Shown here: piece after piece, positions 32,658-43,111 of the stretch | Layout of the letters: every line of letters starts with the position of its first letter | Numbering within the stretch: the first letter of the stretch is position 1 | Made by a program: the position numbers and the translations under genes | Assembly (NCBI GenBank): GCA_963976765.1 | Contig: CAXBME010000022.1 | Span: forward strand, 62,001 to 126,000 | Reading direction: 5' to 3' | Length of the DNA stretch: 64,000 nucleotides | Source: an uncultured Planctomycetaceae bacterium | GTDB taxonomy: Bacteria > Planctomycetota > Planctomycetia > Planctomycetales > Planctomycetaceae | Notes under the pieces: model-generated | Seen by the model: only the letters and a program-made list of their open reading frames with translations | Databases searched by the model: none | Told to the model about the DNA's origin: nothing

Positions 32658-33608
32658 TCACAGCTTCGTTGTCGCATAAAAATCAAGCATGCTCATGTAG
32701 ATCAGAATGCTGCTCGCGACGCTGGCCGCGATGACCACGCTGCCGATCAGTCGAGCACGTTTCAGCTGCCACCACATGAACAGGCCGGTCAGCGCCCACG
32801 TCACCATTGCAATTGCCATCGCATCCAGAATGACGGACCAGATCATTCGACCATTCCAGTGAGGCGGTTGACCGTGCGACGTGTGCAGCCGCAGAAAGAA
32901 ATGCCTCGGCGTCATGCCATGGTTGCCGTCGAATTTCGTCACGTCGACATGACCGTCGCGCAGGACATAGGTCACTCGCGCAGGCTCGCCGTTGACCGAT
33001 GCCAGAAAGTTGAGTTTGCACCAGCCGCGAGGTTTCGCTGGCCGACTCGAATCAATCCCCGCCGCCGACATAATCTGCGGCACCGCCTGACGAGCCAGTT
33101 CGTACGGATTGTCCGACAGCGACACGTTGCGGATATCCTCCAGCAGCGGCTGCAATTGCTCTTTCTCCGACAGTTCAACCACGCGTGCAGAGCGATCAAT
33201 CGGGTCGATCTGCACAACATGCAGCCTGTCCGACGCGGACACTTCGAGAATAATGTCGTTGTTGAATTCTGCGCCGTGGTTGTCGGACAGTTTGATCGCG
33301 ACACCCGGCGATGCATCCTGAAGAGCTTCCACCACCTGCTGAGCCAGCTGCTCGGGCGATTGCAGATTCGCAAGACTTGTGTCGCGAAGTTCGTCCGGGG
33401 AAATGTCCTGAATCACCGCCTCGGGAAGTAATCCCTGATGATTGAACATGGCTCCGGTGATGCCGTACAGCAGAACCCATGGCAACAGAAACAAACCCGT
33501 GTAAAGGTGAACCCGCCTTATGAGAATGCTCGCTTTGGATGACCATTTTCGTGAAGGTGCCTTTGTTTCGTCGTTGGCTGGAGTTTCGCTGGGCATCAAT
33601 CGGCTCAT
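32658..33608 (-). CDS. PepSY-associated TM helix protein
   Basis: RRVHLYTGLFL.P....GITG..FNH and LRLH...W....D.......LTGLFMW. Confidence 0.75.
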   Translation of the reverse strand: MSRLMPSETPANDETKAPSRKWSSKASILIRRVHLYTGLFLLPWVLLYGITGAMFNHQGLLPEAVIQDISPDELRDTSLANLQSPEQLAQQVVEALQDASPGVAIKLSDNHGAEFNNDIILEVSASDRLHVVQIDPIDRSARVVELSEKEQLQPLLEDIRNVSLSDNPYELARQAVPQIMSAAGIDSSRPAKPRGWCKLNFLASVNGEPARVTYVLRDGHVDVTKFDGNHGMTPRHFFLRLHTSHGQPPHWNGRMIWSVILDAMAIAMVTWALTGLFMWWQLKRARLIGSVVIAASVASSILIYMSMLDFYATTKL

Positions 33609-33782
33609 AAATCGGAGGAGAAAGCAGGCAGTCGGTGGATTCCTGGAACGGTTTTACGGAGTCGGTCGGAAGCAATGCGTTCTGAGTTTTGACAAGTCAT
33701 CAAGCATCCGCGATCGTTTCAAACCTGTTCCGCCAACGACCCCATCGGCCCTGGGACTTGTTATCTCACCAAGGATAAACCA

Positions 33783-35060
33783 ATGACCCGCAACTCTCGA
33801 CTTGCCCTGCTCACAATGGCGTTGCTGCTTCCCGGAGTGACTTCTGTCGACGGCGGCGACTGGCCTCGCTTCCGAGGCCCCAACGGAGACGGTATCAGCA
33901 CCGAAGGGCCAATTCCGGCAAAGTGGGATCTGGCGACCAACCTGAAATGGAAAGCTGATCTGCCGGGCAAAGGCTCGTCGTCGCCGATCGTGCTGGGCGA
34001 TCGAATTTTCGTCACCTGCTACTCGGGTTACGGCGAGGCCACCGGCGGCGATGCTGCACAGCTCGCTCGACACCTGGTCTGTGTCGAAAAGTCGTCCGGA
34101 AAGATTCTCTGGACGAAAACAGTAAACAATTCAGCCGAAGAGGATCGATACCAGGGCTTCATCACCGAACACGGTTACGCCAGCGGAACTCCGGCCACCG
34201 ATGGAGAACGAGTCTTTGCCTTCTTCGGAAAGTCGGGCGTATTCGCTTACGATCTCGAAGGCAACGAGCTTTGGAATGTCGGCGTCGGAACGAGTTCCAG
34301 CAACCGTCGGTGGGGATCGGCGGCCAGCCTGATCGTGCATGGCGACTCAGTCATCGTCAACGCGTCGGAAGAAAGCCGCTCGATCAGAGCACTCGATCGT
34401 CAGACGGGTAAAGAAAACTGGAAGACCGAAGCCGACCTGCTTGAACTGGCCTACGGGACGCCAAACGTCGTAAAGAGCGATGACCGGGAATTGCTCGTCC
34501 TGGCTGTCCCTCAGGAAGTCTGGGCCTTGAATCCAGCCAATGGAAAACTCGCCTGGTTCTGCGAAACAAAACTGCCCGGCAACGTGTCGCCGAGCATCAA
34601 CACAGCCAACGGCATGATCTACGTCACCGGTGGTTATCCCGCGACGGGAAGCGTGGCGTTCAAAGCTGAGGGCAAAGGCGACATCACCTCGAATATTACC
34701 TGGACAAGTCGAGACGCTTCGTACGTCGCGTCGCCCGTTCTGCACGAAGGACACCTTTACTGGATCGACGACAAAGGCGTTGCCTTCTGCACGAATGCCG
34801 AAACCGGGAAAACGGTCTACCGCGAAAGACTTGTCGGAGGCGGCGGGCGACCGGTTTACGCATCTCCAGTTCTGTGTGACGGCAAGCTGTTTGTTCCCAG
34901 TCGCTGGGAAGGCGTTTACGTCATCGCTGCCAAACCGGAATTCGAACTGCTCGCCGAAAACCGCTTCCCCGACGACAAAAGCGACTTCAACGGAACACCC
35001 GCCATCAGCGGCAGGCAGATGTTTCTGCGGTCGGACAAGGCTCTGTACTGCATCGAGTAA
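33783..35060 (+). CDS. secreted PQQ-like beta-propeller (BamB-like)
   Basis: Signal peptide, DWPRFRGPNGDG, NLKWKADLPGKGSSSP, repeated G..LW blades. Confidence 0.9.
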   Translation: MTRNSRLALLTMALLLPGVTSVDGGDWPRFRGPNGDGISTEGPIPAKWDLATNLKWKADLPGKGSSSPIVLGDRIFVTCYSGYGEATGGDAAQLARHLVCVEKSSGKILWTKTVNNSAEEDRYQGFITEHGYASGTPATDGERVFAFFGKSGVFAYDLEGNELWNVGVGTSSSNRRWGSAASLIVHGDSVIVNASEESRSIRALDRQTGKENWKTEADLLELAYGTPNVVKSDDRELLVLAVPQEVWALNPANGKLAWFCETKLPGNVSPSINTANGMIYVTGGYPATGSVAFKAEGKGDITSNITWTSRDASYVASPVLHEGHLYWIDDKGVAFCTNAETGKTVYRERLVGGGGRPVYASPVLCDGKLFVPSRWEGVYVIAAKPEFELLAENRFPDDKSDFNGTPAISGRQMFLRSDKALYCIE

Positions 35061-35103
35061 GCAATCGGTCACAGGCGTGACCCGCGTGCCGATATTCAAG
35101 AGT

Positions 35104-35179
35104 CACGAATTTCACAGATAAAGCACAGATCGCTTCATGACGCATCCTGAGCATCCGTGTGAATCTGTTTCATCCGTGG
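35104..35179. repeat. family-C palindrome (periodic CAC[AG]GA / TC[CT]GTG units)
   Basis: cacgaatttcacagataaagcacagat...atccgtgtgaatctgtttcatccgtgg. Confidence 0.6.
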
Positions 35180-35246
35180 TTTTAAGAATCCGAATAAGAT
35201 GACATTACCTGGTTGCCCGCCTTCGCGAGCATGACGGAGAAAAGGT

Positions 35247-35855
35247 CTAACTCGCCTCGCGCGTAAGCGCGTTGTCGACCAGTTCGCAGATCAGATGAAG
35301 AATCACCAGATGCATCTCCTGAATCCGCGGTGTGCTCGAGTCAGGGATCGTGATAACCAGATCGCAAGCATCGAGGTCAGCATTTGACTTCTGACCAGCC
35401 AAAGCGATCGTGACAAGTCCTCGGTCTCGTGCAGCGGCGAGAGCTGCGATCACGTTCGGCGATTTCCCGCTGGTCGAAATGACGATCAGTACGTCGCCCG
35501 CCTTGCCAATTGCCTTGACCTGTCGAGCGAACACTTCGTCATAGCCGTAGTCGTTTCCGATGGCTGTTAGGACGGATGTGTCGACTGTCAGAGCAATCCC
35601 GGCCAGCGGCTCGCGTTCGGTAAGAAATCGCCCGACAAGTTCGCCGATGAAATGCTGAGCCTCTGCGGCACTCCCACCATTTCCGCATGCCAGAATCTTC
35701 TTCCCAGACTTGATCGCGAGGTGAACAATCTCCGCGGCACTCGCGATGGCCCCGGCAGTTTCCCCGCGCATTCGTTCTGCGAGTGTCTGAACCCCGCAAA
35801 GGGCCTGATCGATCAGACACTCCTTGTCCTGAGCTTGCTCGCCTTCGGATGACAT
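35247..35855 (-). CDS. gmhA: D-sedoheptulose-7-phosphate isomerase
   Basis: CGNGGSAAEAQH, TAIGNDYGYD.VFARQ, ISTSGKS.NV, TPRIQEMH. Confidence 0.93.
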   Translation of the reverse strand: MSSEGEQAQDKECLIDQALCGVQTLAERMRGETAGAIASAAEIVHLAIKSGKKILACGNGGSAAEAQHFIGELVGRFLTEREPLAGIALTVDTSVLTAIGNDYGYDEVFARQVKAIGKAGDVLIVISTSGKSPNVIAALAAARDRGLVTIALAGQKSNADLDACDLVITIPDSSTPRIQEMHLVILHLICELVDNALTREAS

Positions 35856-35983
35856 TCTTGAATTCTCCGAAAGAGCGATGGTCAATAAACAGAAACGTCG
35901 CTCAACCGAGAATCCGTTCAATCTGTGTGCCACTGAGAATTATTGGTCAACCAATTTCCAAACAGGCTGCTAAGCACAATAAG

Positions 35984-36838
35984 CTACTTCGCAGGAGCTT
36001 CGGCGGGCAACTTCAGATTGCTCAACTTGCCGTCAAGCGTGACTTCGAAGACGGCGTTCGCTCGCGGATCGGTCACCAGAAGAACGTCGCCGCTGATTGA
36101 GATGCCCACCGGATTCACAAACGGTTCTCCGCTGACAAGCTTTGTCGGTTTGTTGTCCGCTCCGACTTTCCAGACGCACTTTCCGTAACCATCGGTCACA
36201 AACTTTGTGCCGTCTTTGCTGATCGCAATGTTGTGAGGGAAATCGAACGGTCGGTCGGGGACGATCACCGAAACGTCACCCTTCATCGTGACTTTGAGAA
36301 GCTGATCCTTCGTCGTTGAGACGACAATCAAATTTCCGTCAGCGTCAAACGCGAGGCCGCGAGGTGCGGACACGACAGCCAGTTCGACCGGCTCGCCACC
36401 TTCGTGAGGGATTTTGAAGATGCGGTGCAGTTCCAGGTCGGCGACGAAGATCGTGCCTTCCTTGTCCACGGCCAGGGCCATCGGCATGCCGATGCCGACT
36501 CCGTCTCCGGCCAGTTTCTCATGCTTGCCGTCATCGCTGAACCGATAGACCTGCCGAGTCGACGTGTCTCCAACCAGGACCTTGCCATCCTTATCAAAAG
36601 CGATGCACCTGGCAGCGTTGAGCGGTGTGCGGAACTTCTTCGACGCTTTGAAGAAATGATCAAGCTTGCCGTCGCTGCCCTGCCAGACTCCAGGCAGACG
36701 CAAATCGACAACTGAAACCTTTCCATCGTCCGAGCGGATTGCTCCGAGCGGGTAGTGCATTCCTTCAGCCATTGCGGGAATCGCTCGCCAGCAAACGGCG
36801 GCAACAACAATCATCATTGAATAACGAAAAGCGAACAT
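35984..36838 (-). CDS. secreted NHL-repeat beta-propeller protein
   Basis: Signal peptide; repeats PMALAVDKEGTIFVAD, PRGLAFDADG, PHNIAISKDG. Confidence 0.85.
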   Translation of the reverse strand: MFAFRYSMMIVVAAVCWRAIPAMAEGMHYPLGAIRSDDGKVSVVDLRLPGVWQGSDGKLDHFFKASKKFRTPLNAARCIAFDKDGKVLVGDTSTRQVYRFSDDGKHEKLAGDGVGIGMPMALAVDKEGTIFVADLELHRIFKIPHEGGEPVELAVVSAPRGLAFDADGNLIVVSTTKDQLLKVTMKGDVSVIVPDRPFDFPHNIAISKDGTKFVTDGYGKCVWKVGADNKPTKLVSGEPFVNPVGISISGDVLLVTDPRANAVFEVTLDGKLSNLKLPAEAPAK

Positions 36839-36890
36839 ACCAACCTCAGAATAAACGCATCACCAAAAACACGACAAACTGCCCAATGGA

Positions 36891-36974
36891 AAAGTGTGCC
36901 ACTGGCTCTGCCAGTGCCGTTTACAATCGGCGTTTGCAGGAAATTCCGCACTGGCAGAGCCAGTGGCACACTTT
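36891..36974. repeat. family-D perfect 27-bp inverted repeat
   Basis: aaagtgtgccactggctctgccagtgc (36891-36917) and its exact reverse complement (36948-36974). Confidence 0.9.
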
Positions 36975-36992
36975 GAATTAGTGAGGCAATCG

Positions 36993-37157
36993 TTTTTCAA
37001 CAGGCTGCTGGAGTTAGCAGGCCGCTGAAAAACGCAATAAGCCTGGTATCAAGCGAAGCGCCGCTCCGGCAACGCCGAGTTCTTCGCGAAATCGTTGATG
37101 CCGGAATATCGTCGCTGCGCTCCTCGGGCCGGCCTACTTATTTTCAACCGACTGATA
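36993..37157. mobile_element. MITE-like / IS-end remnant
   Basis: Three related ends: tttttcaacaggctgct (36993-37009), tagcaggccgctgaaaaa (37015-37032) and attttcaaccgactgata (37140-37157). No transposase. Confidence 0.5.
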
Positions 37158-37370
37158 ACGCCCCCGCGAAATGCCACTACCTCCTCGAACATGCAGTCTG
37201 ACTGACGGTCACTTGGATCGGCAAGCCATTTGGCGCTGTACAACCAACATTTCACATCGTCATTCCCGCGAAAACCGGAAAGGTGCGAAAAGTGATCATG
37301 ACAACTGAGTGCCTGACCTGTCGTTTACGCAGGAGTTGTACGGCCCGGCACCACTCGGAAACGGTTGAAT

Positions 37371-37643
37371 CTACGTGCGACGCTGATGTTCTACGAGGAG
37401 ACCAAGCGCATCGAGCGACGGCGCGAAATCGCACATTGGCCCACTGTCCACGATAATCCGCATGAGGGTTTTGTAGGCCCGCGAGAGCGCTGGCGGATCC
37501 GCGGCGACGTCCTTCATGGCCTGAATTCTCGTGCGGAGGTTGGCCCACCACGGCGAACCATCGTTAAGCGGATGGTCTGGGTTCGCGTCAAGCCACGCAT
37601 CCAGTTCGGAAGTCACACGGTCGATCAATTCAACGGTTTCCAT
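37371..37643 (-). CDS. small hypothetical protein
   Basis: METVELIDRV..., about 90 aa, helical-looking, no family recognised. Confidence 0.5.
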   Translation of the reverse strand: METVELIDRVTSELDAWLDANPDHPLNDGSPWWANLRTRIQAMKDVAADPPALSRAYKTLMRIIVDSGPMCDFAPSLDALGLLVEHQRRT

Positions 37644-37726
37644 CTGATTGAGCAGGGCCGTACAACGTGTGCATAAACGACAGGTACTCGCGTTCGCGAG
37701 CACGACAACTCAAATCAGGTCGAACA

Positions 37727-37767
37727 AAAAACATCCCGAAAGCGAGATTCGCTGCCGGGATGTTTTT
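37727..37767. terminator. terminator of the sdh operon
   Basis: aaaaacatcccg...cgggatgttttt, 30 bp after the sdhB stop. Confidence 0.8.
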
Positions 37768-37797
37768 GTGTTTTTAGAAGTTGCCTTGGATATCGGG

Positions 37798-38568
37798 TCA
37801 AACGCCCTCGTCGCTGAAGACGACCGCTTTGAGATATTCGCGGTTCAGGCGGGCGATGTTGTCGACGGAGATTCCAGCCGGGCAGGCGGCTTCGCATTCG
37901 CTGGTGTTGGTGCAGGAGCCGAAGCCTTCTTCGTCCATCTGAGCGACCATCTTCAGCACTCGACGAGCGCGTTCCGGCTTGCCTTGAGGCAGCATGGCCA
38001 TCTGCGAAACTTTGGCACTGGTGAACAGCATGGCTGATGCGTTCTTGCAGGCGGCGACGCAGGCTCCGCAACCGATGCACGCTGCAGCGTCCATGGCCTT
38101 TTCCTGATCCGGTTTCGGAACCGGCAGGCAGTTGGCATCCGGCGCGTTGCCCGTGTTGACGGAAACGAAACCGCCAGCCGCCATGACTCGGTCAAACGAG
38201 GTTCGGTCGACGACCAGGTCGCGGATAATGGGGAACGCTTTCGCCCGCCACGGTTCAATCGTGATTGTGTCCCCGTCGCGGAAACGCCGCATGTGGAGCT
38301 GGCAGGTCGTGGTTTCGTTGTCTGGACCGTGTGCCTGCCCGTTAATCATCAGGCTGCACATGCCACAGATGCCTTCACGACAGTCGTGGTCGAAGGCGAC
38401 TGGTTCTTCGCCGAGCTTATTCAGTTGCTCGTTGAGAACGTCCAGCATTTCGAGAAACGACATATGCTCAGAGACGTTATTCAGGTGGTAAAACCGGAAT
38501 TCGCCCTTTTCATTCTGATTCGCCTGCCGCCAGACTCTCAGCGTCAGATTCATTCCCTGACCGCTCAT
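37798..38568 (-). CDS. sdhB: succinate dehydrogenase/fumarate reductase Fe-S subunit
   Basis: [32 protein letters not shown]. Confidence 0.96.
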   Translation of the reverse strand: MSGQGMNLTLRVWRQANQNEKGEFRFYHLNNVSEHMSFLEMLDVLNEQLNKLGEEPVAFDHDCREGICGMCSLMINGQAHGPDNETTTCQLHMRRFRDGDTITIEPWRAKAFPIIRDLVVDRTSFDRVMAAGGFVSVNTGNAPDANCLPVPKPDQEKAMDAAACIGCGACVAACKNASAMLFTSAKVSQMAMLPQGKPERARRVLKMVAQMDEEGFGSCTNTSECEAACPAGISVDNIARLNREYLKAVVFSDEGV

Positions 38569-40505
38569 TATTTGTAGCTCCTGGTGCTGAGGGCCACTTC
38601 GTTGAATTCCATGGGTTCTTTATGGAGAACCGGCTGCTCACCGACTCCCTGGAACTCCCACGCCGCGGCGTAGCAGAACTTATCGTCGTCACGTCTGGCT
38701 TCGTTATCTTCCGTCTGATGCTCTTCCCGGAAGTGTCCGCCGCAGGACTCTTCGCGGTGCAGAGCATCGATTGCAAACAGCTCGCCGAATTCCAGAAAGT
38801 CCGCAAGACGTCCGGCCAGTTCGAGATTCTGATTGAACGATTCGCCGGTGCCGAGCACTTTGACTTCGTTCCAGAAAACGTCGCGGAGTTCTCGAATTTC
38901 TTTCGCCGCCTGCTGAAGCCCGGCGGCGTTTCGAGCCATGCCGCACTTGTCCCACATGATCTGGCCGAGCTGTCGATGAATGCTGTCCGGCGATCTGGTT
39001 CCGTTGACGGCAAGAATCGACTTCACGCGGGACGACGCACTTTCCAGAGCTTCCTGAACAGCCGGGTGATCATCACCCAGCTTCTTCAGTTTCGTTCCGT
39101 GCTTGCCGATGTGATCGCCGACCGTGTACGGCAGGACGAAGTAACCATCGGCCAATCCCTGCATAAGAGCGCTGGCTCCCAGTCGGTTAGCACCGTGGTC
39201 AGAGAAGTTGGCTTCTCCCAGCACGAACAACCCCGGCACGGAACTCTGCAGATTGTAGTCAACCCACAGGCCGCCCATCGTGTAATGGACCGCCGGGTAG
39301 ATTCGCATCGGAACCTGGTAAGGGTTCTCGGCGGTAATCTTGTGATACATGTGGAACAGGTTGCCGTATTTCGAGCGAATGACATCCTCGCCGTCACGCT
39401 CGATCGCATGCTTGAAGTCCAGGTAAACTGCCTGCCGCGATTCGCCGACACCAAAGCCAGCGTCGCAGCGTTCTTTGGCAGCTCGCGAAGCAACGTCACG
39501 CGGCACCATGTTTCCGAAAGCCGGGTAGCGGCGTTCGAGATAGTAGTCTCGGTCGGCTTCGGGGATTTCGTTGGGAGCGCGTTTGTCGTCGGCACTTTTC
39601 GGAACCCAGACGCGACCGTCGTTTCGCAGGCTTTCGCTCATCAGCGTCAGCTTTGACTGATAATCGCCGCTGACGGGAATGCAGGTCGGGTGAATTTGTG
39701 TGAAGCAGGGATTGGCGAAGTACGCGCCTCGACGATGGCATCGCCAGGCAGCAGTCACATTGCAGCCTTTAGCGTTGGTCGAGAGGTAAAACACGTTGCC
39801 ATACCCACCGGTCGCCAGCACGACGGCGTGGGCAGTGTGAGTTTCGAACTCGCCCGTCTTCAGGTTACGACAGACGATCCCGCGAGCAACGCCGTCGTCC
39901 ACGATGAGGTCCAGCATTTCGCGGCGGGGCATCATCGTCACGCCACCTTCGCCCACCTGACGCATCAGCGACGAGTACGCACCCAGCAGAAGCTGCTGGC
40001 CGGTCTGGCCGCGAGCGTAGAACGTTCGTGAAACCTGCGCGCCGCCGAACGTCCGGTTAGAGAGAAGACCGCCGTACTCGCGAGCAAACGGAACTCCCTG
40101 AGCGACACATTGGTCGATGATACTGCCACTGACGGAAGCCAGCCGGTAGACGTTGGCTTCGCGGGCGCGGTAGTCGCCACCTTTGACCGTGTCGTAAAAC
40201 AGCCGCCAGACGCTGTCGCCGTCGTTCGGATAATTCTTGGCGGCGTTGATCCCGCCCTGAGCCGCGATGCTGTGCGCACGGCGCGGCGAATCCTGAAAGC
40301 AGAACGATTTGACCTTATAGCCCATCTCGGACAGCGACGCAGCGGCGGAAGCACCGGCGAGCCCCGTGCCGACGACGATAATCTCGTACTTGCGTTTATT
40401 GTTCGGGCTGACCAGCTTCAGCTCGTTCTTGCGGTTGTCCCACTTTTCGGCAATCGGCCCGTCGGGGACACGACCATCGAGGGGAGCATCAGCAACCTTG
40501 AACAT
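38568..40505 (-). CDS. sdhA: succinate dehydrogenase/fumarate reductase flavoprotein subunit
   Basis: [19 protein letters not shown] (FAD-His), [22 protein letters not shown]. Confidence 0.97.
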   Translation of the reverse strand: MFKVADAPLDGRVPDGPIAEKWDNRKNELKLVSPNNKRKYEIIVVGTGLAGASAAASLSEMGYKVKSFCFQDSPRRAHSIAAQGGINAAKNYPNDGDSVWRLFYDTVKGGDYRAREANVYRLASVSGSIIDQCVAQGVPFAREYGGLLSNRTFGGAQVSRTFYARGQTGQQLLLGAYSSLMRQVGEGGVTMMPRREMLDLIVDDGVARGIVCRNLKTGEFETHTAHAVVLATGGYGNVFYLSTNAKGCNVTAAWRCHRRGAYFANPCFTQIHPTCIPVSGDYQSKLTLMSESLRNDGRVWVPKSADDKRAPNEIPEADRDYYLERRYPAFGNMVPRDVASRAAKERCDAGFGVGESRQAVYLDFKHAIERDGEDVIRSKYGNLFHMYHKITAENPYQVPMRIYPAVHYTMGGLWVDYNLQSSVPGLFVLGEANFSDHGANRLGASALMQGLADGYFVLPYTVGDHIGKHGTKLKKLGDDHPAVQEALESASSRVKSILAVNGTRSPDSIHRQLGQIMWDKCGMARNAAGLQQAAKEIRELRDVFWNEVKVLGTGESFNQNLELAGRLADFLEFGELFAIDALHREESCGGHFREEHQTEDNEARRDDDKFCYAAAWEFQGVGEQPVLHKEPMEFNEVALSTRSYK

Positions 40506-40569
40506 TCCGGAAACTCCTTCGCCGATAACCGACAGGAGGGTGATTCGTTAAGCAACAACCGACTCTGGA

Positions 40570-41247
40570 TTACATATTCGCCCAGAAGACCAGGCTCATA
40601 TTTCCCAGGGCAAGTGCCCCGGCGAAAGCCAGTCCACCCCACTTGATCATCGAGTTGTATTTGGGATGGTTGAGGCCAAGACTCTGAAAGGCGCTGGAAA
40701 TTCCGTGCGAAAGATGAGCGAACAGAAACGCGAAACCGACCAGATAGCCGATGATCGAAATCGGATCGTTCAGCAATTTTACGGCCTTATCGAATGGTTC
40801 AAGCCCCGAGTAATCCAGATGGCCACGCCATTCGAACGTAAAATCGATCAGGTGCAGAATCATATAGGCCAACAGCCCCAGGCCGGTCGCCAGCATCCAT
40901 GATTCCGGTCGAACCTTGATAATCAGATTCTCGCGTTTTGTCCTGATCTCAGCGTACCCGCGTCCGCGAGCGATTCTGTTTTCGGCAGACAGTTTGAATG
41001 CCAGATACAGATGTGTGAAGAAAATCAGTGCAAGGCCGGTCGAGGCCACATGCAGCAGATTCTCATTGCTGTGCAGTTTGTGAGCGTAAGCGTTGTAAGC
41101 TTCCGCACCGGCGAACAGCAGCAGGTTTCCAGCCAGATGTACGACAAGAAACCCGCACAATGCGAGGCCAGTCATCGCCATCAAAAACTTCTTCCCGACG
41201 GAAGAAGACAGGGCGCAGCGCAACCAGTTCAAGGTCGGCTCCTTCAC
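40570..41247 (-). CDS. sdhC: succinate dehydrogenase cytochrome b subunit (single membrane anchor)
   Basis: SSVGKKFLMAMTG, HLAGNL, HL.HG..S.FQSLG; five TM helices. Confidence 0.92.
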   Translation of the reverse strand: MKEPTLNWLRCALSSSVGKKFLMAMTGLALCGFLVVHLAGNLLLFAGAEAYNAYAHKLHSNENLLHVASTGLALIFFTHLYLAFKLSAENRIARGRGYAEIRTKRENLIIKVRPESWMLATGLGLLAYMILHLIDFTFEWRGHLDYSGLEPFDKAVKLLNDPISIIGYLVGFAFLFAHLSHGISSAFQSLGLNHPKYNSMIKWGGLAFAGALALGNMSLVFWANM

Positions 41248-41556
41248 GTTTCACACATCAACAGGTGCCTGTCACACGCCGGGAGAGCTGCCCGGTGAGA
41301 AATCAAAGCGGGATTATAGGGCGGCCCGCTGGTTCTTCAATGTCGCCGGATCTGCGAAAACAAAGCGAGTCCGCTCAGCCGTTTTCGGAACTTCAACCGG
41401 GTAGCCCAGCCAGCAGGGCTGAGTCGTGCAGCGACAGGATGATTCATCGTCCGCGTTCAACATTCAGTCAGTCGTCGAATGACTGCAGCGCTATCGAGGA
41501 CACGACATCCTGTGCCTGCGGTACCCAACCATTCTGGTCGGGCCACCCGGTCGTTG

Positions 41557-42213
41557 TCACGATGCCGAATTGCCGCCTTCCAGATCGTCGATCAACTTCT
41601 CGACATGAGCATCCCAGTCTGCAGGCTGCTCCCGATCAAAGGCTTTCTGCGGTTGGATGATCTCCGGAGTCGACTCAGCAATCTCCACGTCGCCAAAGAT
41701 GTCCATCCAGTACTCGGTTTCCGAGTTCGAAAGTGCCGCGTTGTCAGGCTGTGTGCTTGAGTCGGTCGCCGGAACAATGTCCTGCGCGCTGCCCGACACA
41801 ATGCTCACCCGCCCCCGCAACATCCGAGCGAAATCTTCGCTCTCGACGGCAATGCCCTTTCGACGTTTGATCGCCTTCTGCAGCCGACGGTCGCCCGAAA
41901 CCACTTCCAACTGTTTCGGAGCTGAATGCTCAAGAATCAGTTCTTCAATGAGAGTGTCAGCGTCACTGCCGGCCTGATTGAAGAGAATCGTCATCTCTTC
42001 GAACTTCTGCTGACGCACTCCTTCAAACGGAATCGTCCGAGCGTCAAACACGACCATCGTTCGGCGGCGTTCTTCAAAGTCGAGTCGGTTCACGAGAAAC
42101 CGCAGCAGCCGATGGCGGCTCCGTTCGAGGCCACCCTGGCCATATCGCTCGCGCGCATACCCGACGGAATGCATCAGGTTATAACCATCGATAATGCGAA
42201 ATCGCTGAGCCAT
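41557..42213 (-). CDS. NYN-domain (YacP-like) ribonuclease
   Basis: IIDGYNL, VVFDA, ADTLIE, VVSGD. Confidence 0.85.
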   Translation of the reverse strand: MAQRFRIIDGYNLMHSVGYARERYGQGGLERSRHRLLRFLVNRLDFEERRRTMVVFDARTIPFEGVRQQKFEEMTILFNQAGSDADTLIEELILEHSAPKQLEVVSGDRRLQKAIKRRKGIAVESEDFARMLRGRVSIVSGSAQDIVPATDSSTQPDNAALSNSETEYWMDIFGDVEIAESTPEIIQPQKAFDREQPADWDAHVEKLIDDLEGGNSAS

Positions 42214-42313
42214 GAATCCAGTATGACGTCTGGCCGTTGGCATCTGCAAAGCTGTCAGACGACGATGCGTCAGACCTCTGCCAGTTACCCTGCCTTCATT
42301 CGGAACAACGTTG

Positions 42314-42997
42314 ATGTGGCAATTCTCAGATCGCATCGACCAGTTTATTGACTGGCTGAAATGGCCGGCTGCCATCGCGGCGATCGTGTTGCTCGTTCCG
42401 TCGTTGCTGGCATCCTTCGAACTACTCGTCATGTGCGTACGCAATCCCGAAACCATCCTGCCGTTCATCGGCGGAGCGGGGCTGTACCTGCTGGTCTGGG
42501 TGTGGACGATCCGCCGCTGGCACGCGACGCTGCTGTCCACGTTCGAGCACGAATTCACTCACGCCTTGTTCGCGATTCTGACACTGCACCGGGTCACCGA
42601 CTTCAAGGCCACCTGGAAAAACGGCGGTCACATCCGCATTATCGGGCAGGGCAACTGGCTGATCACTGTTGCCCCTTATTTCTTCCCAACGGTCTGCTTT
42701 GTCCTGATTCCGGTCTTTCAATTGCTGACGTTCATCCCGAGCAACGTCGCTGACGCGTTTGTCGGCGCCGCCTTCATTTACCACATCACGTCAACAATGA
42801 GAGAAACTCACAGCGGACAGACAGACCTCAAACTTGTCGGTTACCTCTTCAGCACGATGTTCCTGCCAACAGCCGTGCTGATCAGTCACGGAGCTGTCCT
42901 GGCCTTCGCGTGGCGAGGACTGAAAGGCATTCACATTTTCGGCTCGACCATCGGCCTGCATCTGCAAAGCATGGCGACCTTCATCGGGCTGTCCTGA
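42314..42997 (+). CDS. M50B-like intramembrane metallopeptidase
   Basis: STFEHEFTHA among TM helices, GGH, ITVAPY, TD. Confidence 0.75.
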   Translation: MWQFSDRIDQFIDWLKWPAAIAAIVLLVPSLLASFELLVMCVRNPETILPFIGGAGLYLLVWVWTIRRWHATLLSTFEHEFTHALFAILTLHRVTDFKATWKNGGHIRIIGQGNWLITVAPYFFPTVCFVLIPVFQLLTFIPSNVADAFVGAAFIYHITSTMRETHSGQTDLKLVGYLFSTMFLPTAVLISHGAVLAFAWRGLKGIHIFGSTIGLHLQSMATFIGLS

Positions 42998-43014
42998 TCC
43001 ACTCATGGAGATTT

Positions 43015-43085
43015 GCCACCGAGTTCACAGAATCCTCAGAGGATCTCTCGGTACTCCTCTCCGTGCCCTCGGTGTTCTCTGTGGC
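43015..43085. repeat. family-C palindrome
   Basis: gccaccgagttcacagaatcctcagag...ctccgtgccctcggtgttctctgtggc. Confidence 0.7.
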
Positions 43086-43111
43086 TTAACTCTGAATATC
43101 AATCCGTCGCT

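Noticed and set aside
38622..39656. 344-aa plus-strand ORF
   Set aside because: Antisense shadow of sdhA.
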